Shown here piece after piece: positions 18,634-28,564 of a stretch of DNA of 64,000 bases. The DNA is taken from assembly GCA_965659745.1 (NCBI GenBank), contig CBFHXF010000005.1, forward strand, positions 7,913 through 71,912, written 5' to 3'. Position 1 is the stretch's first letter, and each line of letters begins with the position of its first letter. The translations under genes were made by a program, and so were the position numbers. The notes beneath the pieces were generated by a model, which searched no databases, was not told where the DNA came from, and saw nothing but the letters and a program-made list of their open reading frames with translations. Source of the stretch: Bacteroidia bacterium. GTDB lineage: Bacteria > Bacteroidota > Bacteroidia > NS11-12g > UBA955.

Positions 18634-19638
18634 TTAATTGTGCTTTAAAAAAGAAGTGGTGGCCATGCTTCCGTCATTCATGAGCGCGCGCACCCAATAC
18701 ATTCCCGCCGGCAATGAAGAGATGTCTACCTGTCCCTCTTTCAAATCCAATTCTTTTAGGGTCATTCCGCGATAATCGCAAATTTCTGCCTTCTGAACTT
18801 TTGCAAATTCCGCAATGTGAATCTTTTCGGTTGCAGGATTCGGATATAAGGAGAGTGTAAGCGCTTTGATTTTGTTTACACTTCCCGTGTGAACAATGGC
18901 AATTTTATCCAAGGCAAAATAAAGAGGGGTATTGATACCGAAGTCACCCACATCTGAACTCTGCAATTCAAATTGTATAGAATCGGTGGATGTCATCAAC
19001 CCTACCCACTGCCAGGTATCTAAAAGCATGTGCTTTGTCGTATCGCTTGATCGGAAATCAGCGAGTATTACTTGTTGCGTTTTTTGTAGTTTTCCGCTAA
19101 GGAATAAATGAATGTTCAATACAAAGCTATCTTTATCGGCTGCGTTAAACTTTTTAGCAAAATTATCACCGAAGGCCATACTGTTATAGGCAAAAGTGGT
19201 ATTGGTAATGTAAAATCCATCGACATACTGATTTATGGGGTCTGGATTTAGGAAGTAGGCATTTTGCGTACCGATTGCATATACTTCCCCTTCTTCTTCC
19301 GCGCCTTTTCCGGCCTTTGCGGCATAGAGGTGCTTACTAAAATCGCTGGGTTCTAGGGTTGTTACATTTTTACGTGAAAATGCCCATTGGTCTTTCCAGT
19401 AGCCACCCCAAGAGGTATCCCATCCGATATCCATGGAAAGTTTTGCTTGGAATAAACTATCCGGCGTACTGTATTGTGTTTGTCCGTTCGAGCCGTTCCA
19501 AACTTCCCCCGAGGGAATAATAGATTTCAACTCTTCAAAACCGATGAATTCCACTAGTGCGGTTTGGGCTTTACTAGTGTGGATTGAAAATAGAACAGCT
19601 AAAGTTGTGAGAATGATGTTTTTGATACGGTATTTCAT
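18634..19638 (-). CDS. DUF4465-like protein with T9SS type-A C-terminal sorting domain
   Basis: Signal peptide (..SKAQ). A W-rich N-terminal domain (WNGSNG.., WGGYWKDQWAFS). The last ~75 aa (LSLYPNPATEKIHI...GMYWVRAL...) match the Por secretion tail pattern. Confidence 0.65.
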   Translation of the reverse strand: MKYRIKNIILTTLAVLFSIHTSKAQTALVEFIGFEELKSIIPSGEVWNGSNGQTQYSTPDSLFQAKLSMDIGWDTSWGGYWKDQWAFSRKNVTTLEPSDFSKHLYAAKAGKGAEEEGEVYAIGTQNAYFLNPDPINQYVDGFYITNTTFAYNSMAFGDNFAKKFNAADKDSFVLNIHLFLSGKLQKTQQVILADFRSSDTTKHMLLDTWQWVGLMTSTDSIQFELQSSDVGDFGINTPLYFALDKIAIVHTGSVNKIKALTLSLYPNPATEKIHIAEFAKVQKAEICDYRGMTLKELDLKEGQVDISSLPAGMYWVRALMNDGSMATTSFLKHN

Positions 19639-19732
19639 GATTGTAGGTATAATTTTAAGGTGATATTATTATTTATTAATTTTCTGTCTGTTGATATGAG
19701 CGAGCGAATATGGATTTGAATAAATATCACGG

Positions 19733-21586
19733 CTAAAAAATCAAGTTGATTTGAACATAGGCGTTTCTGGGTGGCATAGGTCGGCCAGGCATATTTTGAT
19801 AGCTTACATCAAAAATGTTGCGCACCCCTACCCTGCATTCGGATGAATTTTGTTTAAATCTTCCCCAAAATGCGGCCTTAAGAACCCCTTCTAATGAAAA
19901 CAATTGGTAAAAAGGCATGTATTGAGAATTGTCGGTGGCCGTATATCGATTTCCGACTTTCTGCCATATTAATTTTAGGCTTGCCGCTTTAAATTTCAGG
20001 GCGAGCGCAGTGGTACTCATAATATCTGGCACAAATATTTGCTGCTTAAACTCGGAATTGGCCTGACTTTTTACTGCCGAACGCACCCATTCGAAATTTT
20101 CGTTTAGCGCTACTTTACAGTTGCCAAAATCGTGGTTGATTTGTGCGCTGATTTGCACTCCGGTATATTGACCAAAATTCATATTTTGAGCGGCCCAATA
20201 AGCCCCTTGGGGCAACCAAATAATGGGATTCTTGAGTTCTCGGTAAAACGGAGTGAGTTCCAAAATCCAATTCAAATGATGACCGTAGCTTGAATTCCAA
20301 ACCACTCCTATTTCGCTGCCCCAGCCAATTTCCGGAACCACCGCGTTACGTTGGGTCACTTGCCAATACAAATCATTTAGCGTGGGTCTGCGGAAACTTC
20401 GATGAATATCGGTCTTAAAGTTAAGTCCATCGGTTATGGTCGTTTGAGTACCTAAGCCGCCTGTAAGCACTTGTTCGTTGAATTCATACCTGGCATTGAT
20501 AAGGTAATTTGTTTTGCCTATTTCTGATTTCCAGGCGGAGAACAAAGCGGGCAAAACGCGCGTTTCCGGTATTGTATAATATTGTGAACTGCCTTTTTGC
20601 ACTTGATAATCGAGACCATAAACCGCCTTACCCCATTGCGTTTGATGATACATTTCTGTCTGCAAAAACAACATTTTGGCAGTAGAAGTATCACCGGTTT
20701 GTCCTTGCGCCACATATACCAATCGATCGGAGGTATAGCCTACTTTTTGAGTAAAATGCAATTTATTTTTATGAAAATCGTATTGCACTAAATTGCGAGA
20801 TTGTAGATCGAGTTGCTGGCCTAAGGCTTGTTCGGAACCATAAAGAAATCCCAAACCGCGATTCACTTTTCCCATTTCTGAAATGAGCTTTATTGAGTGA
20901 TTTGCTAATGTATGAGCGGCCACCAATCGAATATTTTGATGGTCTAAATGGCTGTTAAAGGAGTTTCTATTTTGCTGTTTTATGGGATCAAAAAAACCAA
21001 ATTCGTTATTTTGGTTGATCCATGAACTTGCCACATTTACATAGGTATTCTTCCACCCTTTTCCCACTTGGAATCCCATTTGAGAATTCCTAAGGGAGTT
21101 GGTTTCGGCCACCGTCTTGATTTTTAACGGGGAATTAAAACTCACTTTATTGTTCAGCATTACAGTACCGCCCACACTTCCGGAGCCGTACATGGCTGAA
21201 TTTCCCCCTTCAATTAACACGAGTTCATCCATTCCAAAGGTGGCAATGCCATTAAAATCCATCATTCCCAACATGGGATGATTGATGGGCAAGCCATTCC
21301 ACAACACTTGGGTTTGGGTGGCATCGGCCCCTCGTTTAGAAATGGTTGCAGATCCCGATACGCCGTACTCTTTGAAAAACTGAGCGGCCTCCTGCATATT
21401 TTGTGTGAGTAGTCCGAGTCCTTTACCCGAATTGAGTCGCACTTCCTTTCTTCCTACATTCGCAAATTCACTTCTATCGGCCCGAATATGCACGGTATCT
21501 ACAGCAGGAATAGGAGTCGGTTCCCACGAGGTGGAATCTCCTAAAGTGGCCAAGCAGGCGGCGATATGTACTAAATGCAGTAGCAT
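19733..21586 (-). CDS. btuB: TonB-dependent receptor, BtuB-like (cobalamin/corrinoid)
   Basis: Plug domain (ISKRGADATQTQVLWNGLPIN, IEGGNSAMYGSGSVGG), a 22-strand-sized barrel and a terminal NLIF. Lies directly downstream of a cobalamin riboswitch. Confidence 0.75.
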   Translation of the reverse strand: MLLHLVHIAACLATLGDSTSWEPTPIPAVDTVHIRADRSEFANVGRKEVRLNSGKGLGLLTQNMQEAAQFFKEYGVSGSATISKRGADATQTQVLWNGLPINHPMLGMMDFNGIATFGMDELVLIEGGNSAMYGSGSVGGTVMLNNKVSFNSPLKIKTVAETNSLRNSQMGFQVGKGWKNTYVNVASSWINQNNEFGFFDPIKQQNRNSFNSHLDHQNIRLVAAHTLANHSIKLISEMGKVNRGLGFLYGSEQALGQQLDLQSRNLVQYDFHKNKLHFTQKVGYTSDRLVYVAQGQTGDTSTAKMLFLQTEMYHQTQWGKAVYGLDYQVQKGSSQYYTIPETRVLPALFSAWKSEIGKTNYLINARYEFNEQVLTGGLGTQTTITDGLNFKTDIHRSFRRPTLNDLYWQVTQRNAVVPEIGWGSEIGVVWNSSYGHHLNWILELTPFYRELKNPIIWLPQGAYWAAQNMNFGQYTGVQISAQINHDFGNCKVALNENFEWVRSAVKSQANSEFKQQIFVPDIMSTTALALKFKAASLKLIWQKVGNRYTATDNSQYMPFYQLFSLEGVLKAAFWGRFKQNSSECRVGVRNIFDVSYQNMPGRPMPPRNAYVQINLIF

Positions 21587-21654
21587 AATTTACCTTACTC
21601 GGAAATAAATAGCATGGAGCGTGCAGACACACTTAAGGTCTGAAGACACATACT

Positions 21655-21850
21655 ACCGCGCTTTTATTCCCGAAAGCGGATTGTTCGTTTGAGCGTGGCA
21701 GGTCTTCTGACTTCCTCGCTGCAGGCGCCTTCCCGTTTTCACAGTGGCATAAAGGCCTGAAGCATGTCTCCCGAAAGAGATGAGGTTACAGCTGCGGGTA
21801 CAGTCTCGGTTTCACACCGAAGTTCCCTTTTCATTTCAAAACCATCTTGC
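21655..21850 (-). promoter_or_regulatory. Cobalamin (B12) riboswitch
   Basis: The minus strand reads AAAAGGGAACTTCGGTGTGAAACCGAGACTGTACCCGCAGCTGTAACC ... GCCACTGTGAAAACGGGAAGG ... GAAGTCAGAAGACCTGCCACG. These are the conserved GGGAA/GGTG..AA.CC core, the GCCACTG element and the B12 box. Confidence 0.85.
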
Positions 21851-22000
21851 CCGATGGCTTTGAAAACCAAAACTCGATGCAAACATACGCACTTTGTTTA
21901 TTTCTTTATATAGTTCTTTTCCACACGATTGGTCGAAGCAAACCAAGGTATATCGATAGTTTGTCCACAGATACCACTTCGCATGATTACCTTTGCAAAT

Positions 22001-23431
22001 ATGCGCAAGCGCGGTTTACTCTATTTACTATTGGGAATTTCGAACTTCCTTGGTGCTCAAGAGGTTCGAAAAATGGACCTATCGGCCTGTATAGATTTGG
22101 CTCTAGAAAATAATATTGATGTATTGTTGAGTCAAATTAATCAATCCCAATCCGAAATTGAATACCGCCAATCTCTTTGGAATTTAGGTCCGGAAGTCAG
22201 TTTTGCCGGTGGACAGTTTTATCAAAGTGGTAGAAGTATTGACCGTTTTACCAATCAATTTGTTCAAGAAACCGTTGGAAACAGCTCGGTTCAGCTTTCC
22301 AGTAGCTGGGTGGTTTATGCCGGGGGAAGTCTCAGAAAATCGGTACTCAGATCTAAGAAGCAAGTGAAAGCGAGTGCGTACGACTATCAGCAATCGCGAC
22401 AGAATATTGCACTGAGTGTGGCCTTAGCCTACCTACAATGTTTGCAAAGTAAAGAATTACTAAAGGCCAATGAATCTAATGTAGCCTCGTTATTCCAGGA
22501 GCAAAAGCGAATCGAAAAATTAGTACAAGCCGGTAGTGTTAACGAAGGCGTATGGCTATCGTCGAAAGCGCAGTTGGCACAGGCCCGCGCCCAGAAAGTT
22601 CAAATCGAAACCCAGCATCAAAGTGCCCTACTCAATCTTAAAAATCTATTAAGGATTCCGGTTTCGGATGGCTTTGACATTGAATACACCATGGCGCCAG
22701 CCCCTGAATATACAGAGTATCCAGCAAGCCTAAATGAACTAATTGATAGTGCGTTGTTCAATCGTGCCGACTATAAAGCGGCTCTATTAAAGCAAGAAGC
22801 GGCGGCTTTATCTATGGGTATAGCCAAGGCGCAATTATTGCCGGTTCTATCTATCGGTGGAAATTTAAGTTCGATATACTCAGATAAAGCATTAAACATA
22901 ACGGGCTACCAAATAAGTGGTACCCAACCCATTGGTATTGTTCAAGGAACCAATCAAATAGTAGAAGCGCCTACCTTTAGTTATCAAACGCAAACCATAG
23001 ACTTCTCTAGGCAAATGCGCGATAATTTCGGACAGAGCTTTGGCGCTAATTTATCGGTTCCCTTATTCGGTAAATTGCGGGCTCAAAATGGAATTAAATC
23101 GGCTAAACTCGCCTATACCCAACAAGAATTGAATGCATTCCGGATTCGTCAAAATGCAGTTGTTGAAGTAACCAATGCCTATCAAAGTTTCAAAAATGCA
23201 GCGATGCAATATCAGGCGCAACGTGAAAATCACGAGGCCCAGCGACTGAATTTGGAGTTCGTGCAAAAACGTTTTGAAAGCGGTCAAGCTACCTATTTTG
23301 AACTGCAATTGGCTAAAAATCAAGAGTTAATGGCGTTCCAAAACTTCCTCAGTAATAAATACGAGGCGGCGTTACGAAATCTCATACTCGATGTTATGTA
23401 TCGCGGAAACTGGCAGTTATTAAAACCTTAA
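22001..23431 (+). CDS. tolC: TolC family outer-membrane efflux protein
   Basis: Start at MRKRGLLYLLLGISNFLGAQE. Two OEP repeats (LDLSACIDLALENN.., coiled-coil rich). 476 aa. Confidence 0.8.
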   Translation: MRKRGLLYLLLGISNFLGAQEVRKMDLSACIDLALENNIDVLLSQINQSQSEIEYRQSLWNLGPEVSFAGGQFYQSGRSIDRFTNQFVQETVGNSSVQLSSSWVVYAGGSLRKSVLRSKKQVKASAYDYQQSRQNIALSVALAYLQCLQSKELLKANESNVASLFQEQKRIEKLVQAGSVNEGVWLSSKAQLAQARAQKVQIETQHQSALLNLKNLLRIPVSDGFDIEYTMAPAPEYTEYPASLNELIDSALFNRADYKAALLKQEAAALSMGIAKAQLLPVLSIGGNLSSIYSDKALNITGYQISGTQPIGIVQGTNQIVEAPTFSYQTQTIDFSRQMRDNFGQSFGANLSVPLFGKLRAQNGIKSAKLAYTQQELNAFRIRQNAVVEVTNAYQSFKNAAMQYQAQRENHEAQRLNLEFVQKRFESGQATYFELQLAKNQELMAFQNFLSNKYEAALRNLILDVMYRGNWQLLKP

Positions 23432-23443
23432 AAAGAGTAAATC

Positions 23444-24697
23444 ATGCAAAAGAAATATATTATCGGATTGTCGATTATCGCAGTGGTAGTGCTAATTGTT
23501 TTGGCATCGGTATTTAAAGGCGGTAAAAAAGACGTTGAAGTAGTAACCGAAAAATTAGGCAGACGCGATATCACCGAGATTGTAACCGTAACGGGCAAAA
23601 TACAACCCAAACGAGAGGTGAAAATCAGTCCCGACGTAAGCGGTGAAATCACCGAAATGTATGTAAATGAAGGTGATTCGGTTCAAAAAGGACAACTTTT
23701 GTTGACGATAAATCCGGAAATCTACATTACTACGGTTAACCAATTAATCGCCAATTTGAATAATGCCAAAGCGAGTTTGGCATCGGCAGAAGCACAAGAA
23801 ATTCGTGCAAAAAATAATTTCACTTTAGGAAAAGAGCTTTTTAACCGTCAGGAGCAGTTGTATAAAGACAAAGTGATTAGTTTACAAGAATTTGAAAATG
23901 CAAAGATGCAATTTCAACAGCAGCAGACGGAAGTAGTCGTTTCAGAGAAGACCCGAATGTCGGCTATTTATAATGTAAAAAGTTTAGAGGCCCGCTTGGA
24001 AGAAGGACAAAAAACATTGGGAAGAACGCGCATAACCGCTCCCCAAAGTGGAATTGTAACGCAGTTGAATAGCGAAAAAGGCGAACGGGTAGTTGGAACC
24101 GCCCAAATGGCGGGTACGGAAATTATGCGTATTAGCAATCTCAATGAAATGGAGGTTGAAGTGCAAATTAATGAAAACGATATTGTACGCGTGCATTTGA
24201 ATGATGAAGCCGATATTCGTGTAGATGCCTATCCGGAGCGTGTTTTCAAAGGAGTGGTTACCGAAATTGCCAATTCTGCGAAGTTCAATGTAGCTCAAAA
24301 CATAAACGAACAGGTTACCAATTACACGGTAAAGATTTTAATTGATGCCCAAAGTTATGCTGACTTAATCAGTAAAAACCGGCCACAACCTTTTTTACCT
24401 GGGATGACGGCGTCTGCGGATATCAAAACAGAAATTCGTAAAAACGTATTATCGGTACCCATTGCGGCAGTTACCTCTCGAAATCCTAAAGACATAGAAT
24501 CTACAAGCAGCTCAAATAAAACCTGGGTATTTGTTTATGATGCTGGAAAAGCCAAAGCGGTGGAAATCAAAACCGGCATACAAGATATTGATTATTTTGA
24601 AGTACTGTCGGGTTTAAAAGAAGGAGAGGAAATTGTTACCGAACCGGGAATGGCAATTGCCAAAACCCTAATGGACGGTTCGAAAATCAAAAAATAA
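23444..24697 (+). CDS. Efflux transporter periplasmic adaptor subunit (MacA/HlyD type)
   Basis: N-terminal TM, lipoyl motif VNEGDSVQKGQLLLTI, a long coiled coil and a beta-barrel/MPD C-terminus. Confidence 0.8.
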   Translation: MQKKYIIGLSIIAVVVLIVLASVFKGGKKDVEVVTEKLGRRDITEIVTVTGKIQPKREVKISPDVSGEITEMYVNEGDSVQKGQLLLTINPEIYITTVNQLIANLNNAKASLASAEAQEIRAKNNFTLGKELFNRQEQLYKDKVISLQEFENAKMQFQQQQTEVVVSEKTRMSAIYNVKSLEARLEEGQKTLGRTRITAPQSGIVTQLNSEKGERVVGTAQMAGTEIMRISNLNEMEVEVQINENDIVRVHLNDEADIRVDAYPERVFKGVVTEIANSAKFNVAQNINEQVTNYTVKILIDAQSYADLISKNRPQPFLPGMTASADIKTEIRKNVLSVPIAAVTSRNPKDIESTSSSNKTWVFVYDAGKAKAVEIKTGIQDIDYFEVLSGLKEGEEIVTEPGMAIAKTLMDGSKIKK

Positions 24698-24721
24698 CTG
24701 GAAATACGAGGAGGCGAAAGG

Positions 24722-24892
24722 TTAACCTCCGAAATATTTGGAGTTTTTCTGTTTGGTTTCTTTCTCTTTCTTGTTGTATTGTTTCAAGAAAAAGTAAACG
24801 GCAGTAAATACGATTACGGATATAATTATTTCGTACATAAATACTTCGCCCTTAAATGCATTCAAGGAAGCCTCTGTTGTGTCGGAATTCAT
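24722..24892 (-). CDS. Small single-pass membrane protein (hypothetical)
   Basis: One clear hydrophobic helix (YEIIISVIVFTAVYFFL) followed by a K/E-rich tail. No other support. Confidence 0.25.
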   Translation of the reverse strand: MNSDTTEASLNAFKGEVFMYEIIISVIVFTAVYFFLKQYNKKEKETKQKNSKYFGG

Positions 24893-24950
24893 GATACAAA
24901 ATAACGACAAAAACAGAGATTTAGGTCAATTTATGCGTAAATTGCGATAT

Positions 24951-26318
24951 ATGTCAAGCAAGAGTTATATCGAATCAAACCAAGAGCGTTTTTTAGAGGA
25001 ACTATTCCAGTTATTGCGTATTCCAAGTATCAGTGCAGATTCGGCGTATGCCCAAGATGTGCGCAAATGTGCGGAAACCGTAGCTGATTTTCTAACCAAA
25101 GCGGGTGCCGATAATGTAGTACTTGAAGAAACTGCGGGTTACCCCATTGTTTATGGCGATAAAATCATAGATCCTGCACTTCCCACCGTATTAGTTTATG
25201 GCCATTACGATGTGCAACCCAGTGTTCCTAACGAACTTTGGCATACGCCTCCGTTCGAGCCTACTATTAAGGACGGTAAAATTTATGCCCGTGGCGCGTG
25301 CGACGATAAAGGACAGATGTTTATGCATGTGAAAGCGTTTGAATCCATGATGCAAACTCAAGAATTGGCATGTAATATAAAGTTCATGATCGAGGGAGAG
25401 GAAGAAGTGGGTAGTAATAATCTTGGAACGTATTGTAAATCCAATAAAGAAAAATTAAAAGCCGATGTAATTTTGATCTCTGATACCTCTATGCTCGCCA
25501 ACGATTTGCCGAGTATCGATATCGGTTTGCGCGGTTTGAGTTATGTAGAAGTAGAAGTTACCGGTCCTAATATTGATTTACATAGCGGTGTATATGGCGG
25601 TGCTGTAGCCAATCCTATCAATGTACTATGTGATATGATTGCCAAAATGAAAGACGACAAAAATCATATTACCATTCCTGGTTTCTATGACGATGTGGTT
25701 ATTGTTTCTGAAGCAGATCGCAATGCAATGGCTAAAACTCCTTTTGATCTCGAGGCCTATAAAAAGCATTTAGATATTGAAGATGTAATGGGAGAAGAAG
25801 GATTTTCTACCATCGAGCGCACCGGCATCCGTCCTACCCTTGACGTAAATGGCATTTGGGGCGGTTATATCGGAGAAGGTGCTAAAACCGTATTGCCTTC
25901 CAAAGCCTATGCGAAAATCTCCATGCGATTGGTTCCCAATCAGTCTTCCGAAAAAATCACCAAAATCTTTACAGAGTACTTTGAATCGATAGCTCCAAAA
26001 GGGGTTAAAGTAAAGGTAACTCCTCACCATGGTGGCGAACCCGTTTTAACGCCTACAGATAGCATTCCTTTCAAAGCAGCAGCCGCTGCTATGAAAGATA
26101 CCTTTGGAAAAGACCCTATTCCCACTCGTGGAGGCGGAAGCATTCCAATTGTAGCACTTTTTGAAAAGGAATTAGAAACCAAAACGGTCCTTATGGGATT
26201 TGGTTTAGACAGCGATGCCATACATTCTCCCAATGAGCATTACGGCGTGTTTAACTATTTCAAAGGAATTGAAACCATTCCAAGATTCTTTCATCATTTT
26301 GCCGCAATGAACAAATAA
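24951..26318 (+). CDS. M20 family dipeptidase (ArgE/DapE/CPG2-like)
   Basis: Start at MSSKSYIESNQERFLEEL. Metal ligands in GHYDVQP and RGACDDKG, plus EGEEEVGS. The ORF track start at 24879 is probably too long. Confidence 0.85.
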   Translation: MSSKSYIESNQERFLEELFQLLRIPSISADSAYAQDVRKCAETVADFLTKAGADNVVLEETAGYPIVYGDKIIDPALPTVLVYGHYDVQPSVPNELWHTPPFEPTIKDGKIYARGACDDKGQMFMHVKAFESMMQTQELACNIKFMIEGEEEVGSNNLGTYCKSNKEKLKADVILISDTSMLANDLPSIDIGLRGLSYVEVEVTGPNIDLHSGVYGGAVANPINVLCDMIAKMKDDKNHITIPGFYDDVVIVSEADRNAMAKTPFDLEAYKKHLDIEDVMGEEGFSTIERTGIRPTLDVNGIWGGYIGEGAKTVLPSKAYAKISMRLVPNQSSEKITKIFTEYFESIAPKGVKVKVTPHHGGEPVLTPTDSIPFKAAAAAMKDTFGKDPIPTRGGGSIPIVALFEKELETKTVLMGFGLDSDAIHSPNEHYGVFNYFKGIETIPRFFHHFAAMNK

Positions 26319-26321
26319 TTT

Positions 26322-28544
26322 ATGGCGCTGCTCGACGGTGAAGTATACGAAGCATACCGACACGAATTACTTAATAAGTATCGCTTATTATTACGAACCC
26401 TTAGTGGTAAAGTTTCCAAAGACAAAATTAAATTAGTTCGGGAAGCTTTTGATTACGCCGCGCGCGCTCATGAAGGTACCGTAAGAAAAAGCGGTGAACC
26501 CTATATTTTTCATCCCTTGGCGGTGGCACAAATTGCCGCCGCCGAACTGGGACTCGGAGCTACCTCTGTTATTTGTGCCTTGCTTCATGATGTAGTTGAG
26601 GATACAGAAATTACCCTCGACGATATTGAACGTAAATTTGGTGCTAAAGTTGCCAACATAATAGGAGGACTCACTAAAATTTCGGTAGTTTTTGAAACGG
26701 TCGATAACGATGCGAGTATCCAAGCCGAGAATTTCAAGAAAATGCTCCTTACCTTGGGAGAGGACCTTCGCGTAATCTTAATTAAACTGTGCGATCGCTT
26801 GCACAACATGCGCACATTAGGATCAGTTCCTGAAAAAACTAAGCTTAAAATTGCTTCTGAAACCATGTTTATTTACGCACCTCTCGCCCATCGTTTGGGT
26901 TTGAATGCCGTAAAAATAGAAATGGAGGATTTAGCTTTGAAGTATACCGATGCACTCGCATATAGAACTATTTCGGATAAAATAAGTGAAACCAAACAAT
27001 CTAGGCAGCGTTACATTCGTGAATTCATAGATCCTTTAAACGAGGAGTTGGAGCGTTCGGGATTGAAAATTGCGGAAATCAAGGGCAGGCCCAAAAGTAT
27101 TTATAGTATTCATCGAAAGATGACTACCCAAGGAATTCCATTTGAGGAAGTTTACGACGCTTTTGCCATCAGGGTAATTTTAGATACGGAAATACAAAAT
27201 GAAAAATCCGATTGCTGGCGTGTATACAGTATCATAACAGATAGGTACCGCCCTCATCAAGGTCGTTTGCGAGATTGGCTAAGTAGACCAAAAAACAACG
27301 GTTATTCCGCACTGCATACAACAGTTTTAGGTCCTAAAGGTCGTTGGGTAGAAATTCAAATTCGTTCTAAAAGAATGGATGATATCGCAGAACGCGGTTT
27401 GGCGGCACATTGGAGATATAAAGCGCAACTTGGTGAAAACAGCATTACACCACAAGACGATGCCTTTGAAAATTGGCTCAACGCGGTTAAAGAAACACTC
27501 GAGAATAACGATTTAACAGCGATGGACTTGGTTAATGAATTCAAGTATTCGCTTTTGGGGGAAGAAATTTATGTTTTTACACCCAAAGGAGAAGTGAAAT
27601 CAATGCCCGTTGGATCCGTAGCCCTCGATTTCGGATTTGCCATTCATACAGAGGTTGGACTTACCACTATTGGAGCTAAGGTGAATAATAAATTGGTGCC
27701 CATTGGGCATGAATTAAAGAATGGCGATATAGTAGAAATCTTAACAACACAAAATTACAGGGCCTCTGTTCAATGGTTAGAAGTGGTAAGAACGGGTCGC
27801 GCTCGAACCAAAATCAGAGAATTTTTACGCGATGTAAAAACGAAACTTGCCGGTCGTGGAAAAACCATTATGGAGCGTATGTTTCAAAAGCACGATGTTG
27901 CCTTCACAGATAAAAATATTCAATTAATTCACAAGCATTATAAATATAACAGTGCCAGTGAATATTTCCATGCGGTGGCATCCGGAAAAATCAGAATGAC
28001 CAAAGAAATTCTATTCGACATTATACATTCGAAAGAATCGGTGTCTGAAGTTCCGGTAAAAAAGGAAAGGAAAAAAAGCGCCGGACAGATCATATTTGGG
28101 GAAGATTATGAAATGCCTTATTCCTTGGCACAATGTTGCAATCCCCTACCCGGAGAGCCCATATTTGGTTTCGTTACCGTTGGCGATGGTGTACGAATTC
28201 ACCGAACAACGTGTCCAAATGCCTCCAAACTCATGAGTCAATACGGTTATCGCATCATACCCGCAAGCTGGCAAGACGGCTACAACAATGCGTTTGATGC
28301 ACAAATATCCGTACGAGGTATCGACGATGTGGGTATCGTAAGTCGGATTACAGATATTATCTCTAAAGACTTACAGGTAAATATGAAAAGTATTAATATC
28401 CGGGCCAATATTGACGGAACATTCGGAGGGGAAATAGAAGTATTGGTGAATAACTCGGAAGATTTAAAAGAGCTCGTTTCTCGAATCAAGAGTACCCATA
28501 AATACATTGAGGTTGAGCGAATAGAATCACTCAACCTCAATTAA
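26322..28544 (+). CDS. relA: Bifunctional (p)ppGpp synthetase/hydrolase, RelA/SpoT homolog
   Basis: HD hydrolase motif (HPLAVA..LLHDVVEDT), synthetase core (RPKSIYSIHRKM, YSALHTTV), a TGS domain and a C-terminal ACT domain. Confidence 0.95.
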   Translation: MALLDGEVYEAYRHELLNKYRLLLRTLSGKVSKDKIKLVREAFDYAARAHEGTVRKSGEPYIFHPLAVAQIAAAELGLGATSVICALLHDVVEDTEITLDDIERKFGAKVANIIGGLTKISVVFETVDNDASIQAENFKKMLLTLGEDLRVILIKLCDRLHNMRTLGSVPEKTKLKIASETMFIYAPLAHRLGLNAVKIEMEDLALKYTDALAYRTISDKISETKQSRQRYIREFIDPLNEELERSGLKIAEIKGRPKSIYSIHRKMTTQGIPFEEVYDAFAIRVILDTEIQNEKSDCWRVYSIITDRYRPHQGRLRDWLSRPKNNGYSALHTTVLGPKGRWVEIQIRSKRMDDIAERGLAAHWRYKAQLGENSITPQDDAFENWLNAVKETLENNDLTAMDLVNEFKYSLLGEEIYVFTPKGEVKSMPVGSVALDFGFAIHTEVGLTTIGAKVNNKLVPIGHELKNGDIVEILTTQNYRASVQWLEVVRTGRARTKIREFLRDVKTKLAGRGKTIMERMFQKHDVAFTDKNIQLIHKHYKYNSASEYFHAVASGKIRMTKEILFDIIHSKESVSEVPVKKERKKSAGQIIFGEDYEMPYSLAQCCNPLPGEPIFGFVTVGDGVRIHRTTCPNASKLMSQYGYRIIPASWQDGYNNAFDAQISVRGIDDVGIVSRITDIISKDLQVNMKSINIRANIDGTFGGEIEVLVNNSEDLKELVSRIKSTHKYIEVERIESLNLN

Positions 28545-28564
28545 TGGGTTAATTAATAATCTTA

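Noticed and set aside
24710-24730. GGAGG-N11-CCTCC hairpin after the second adaptor gene, as a possible terminator.
   Set aside because: The stem is only 5 bp with an 11-nt loop and no following T-run. It also overlaps the 3' end of the small convergent ORF.
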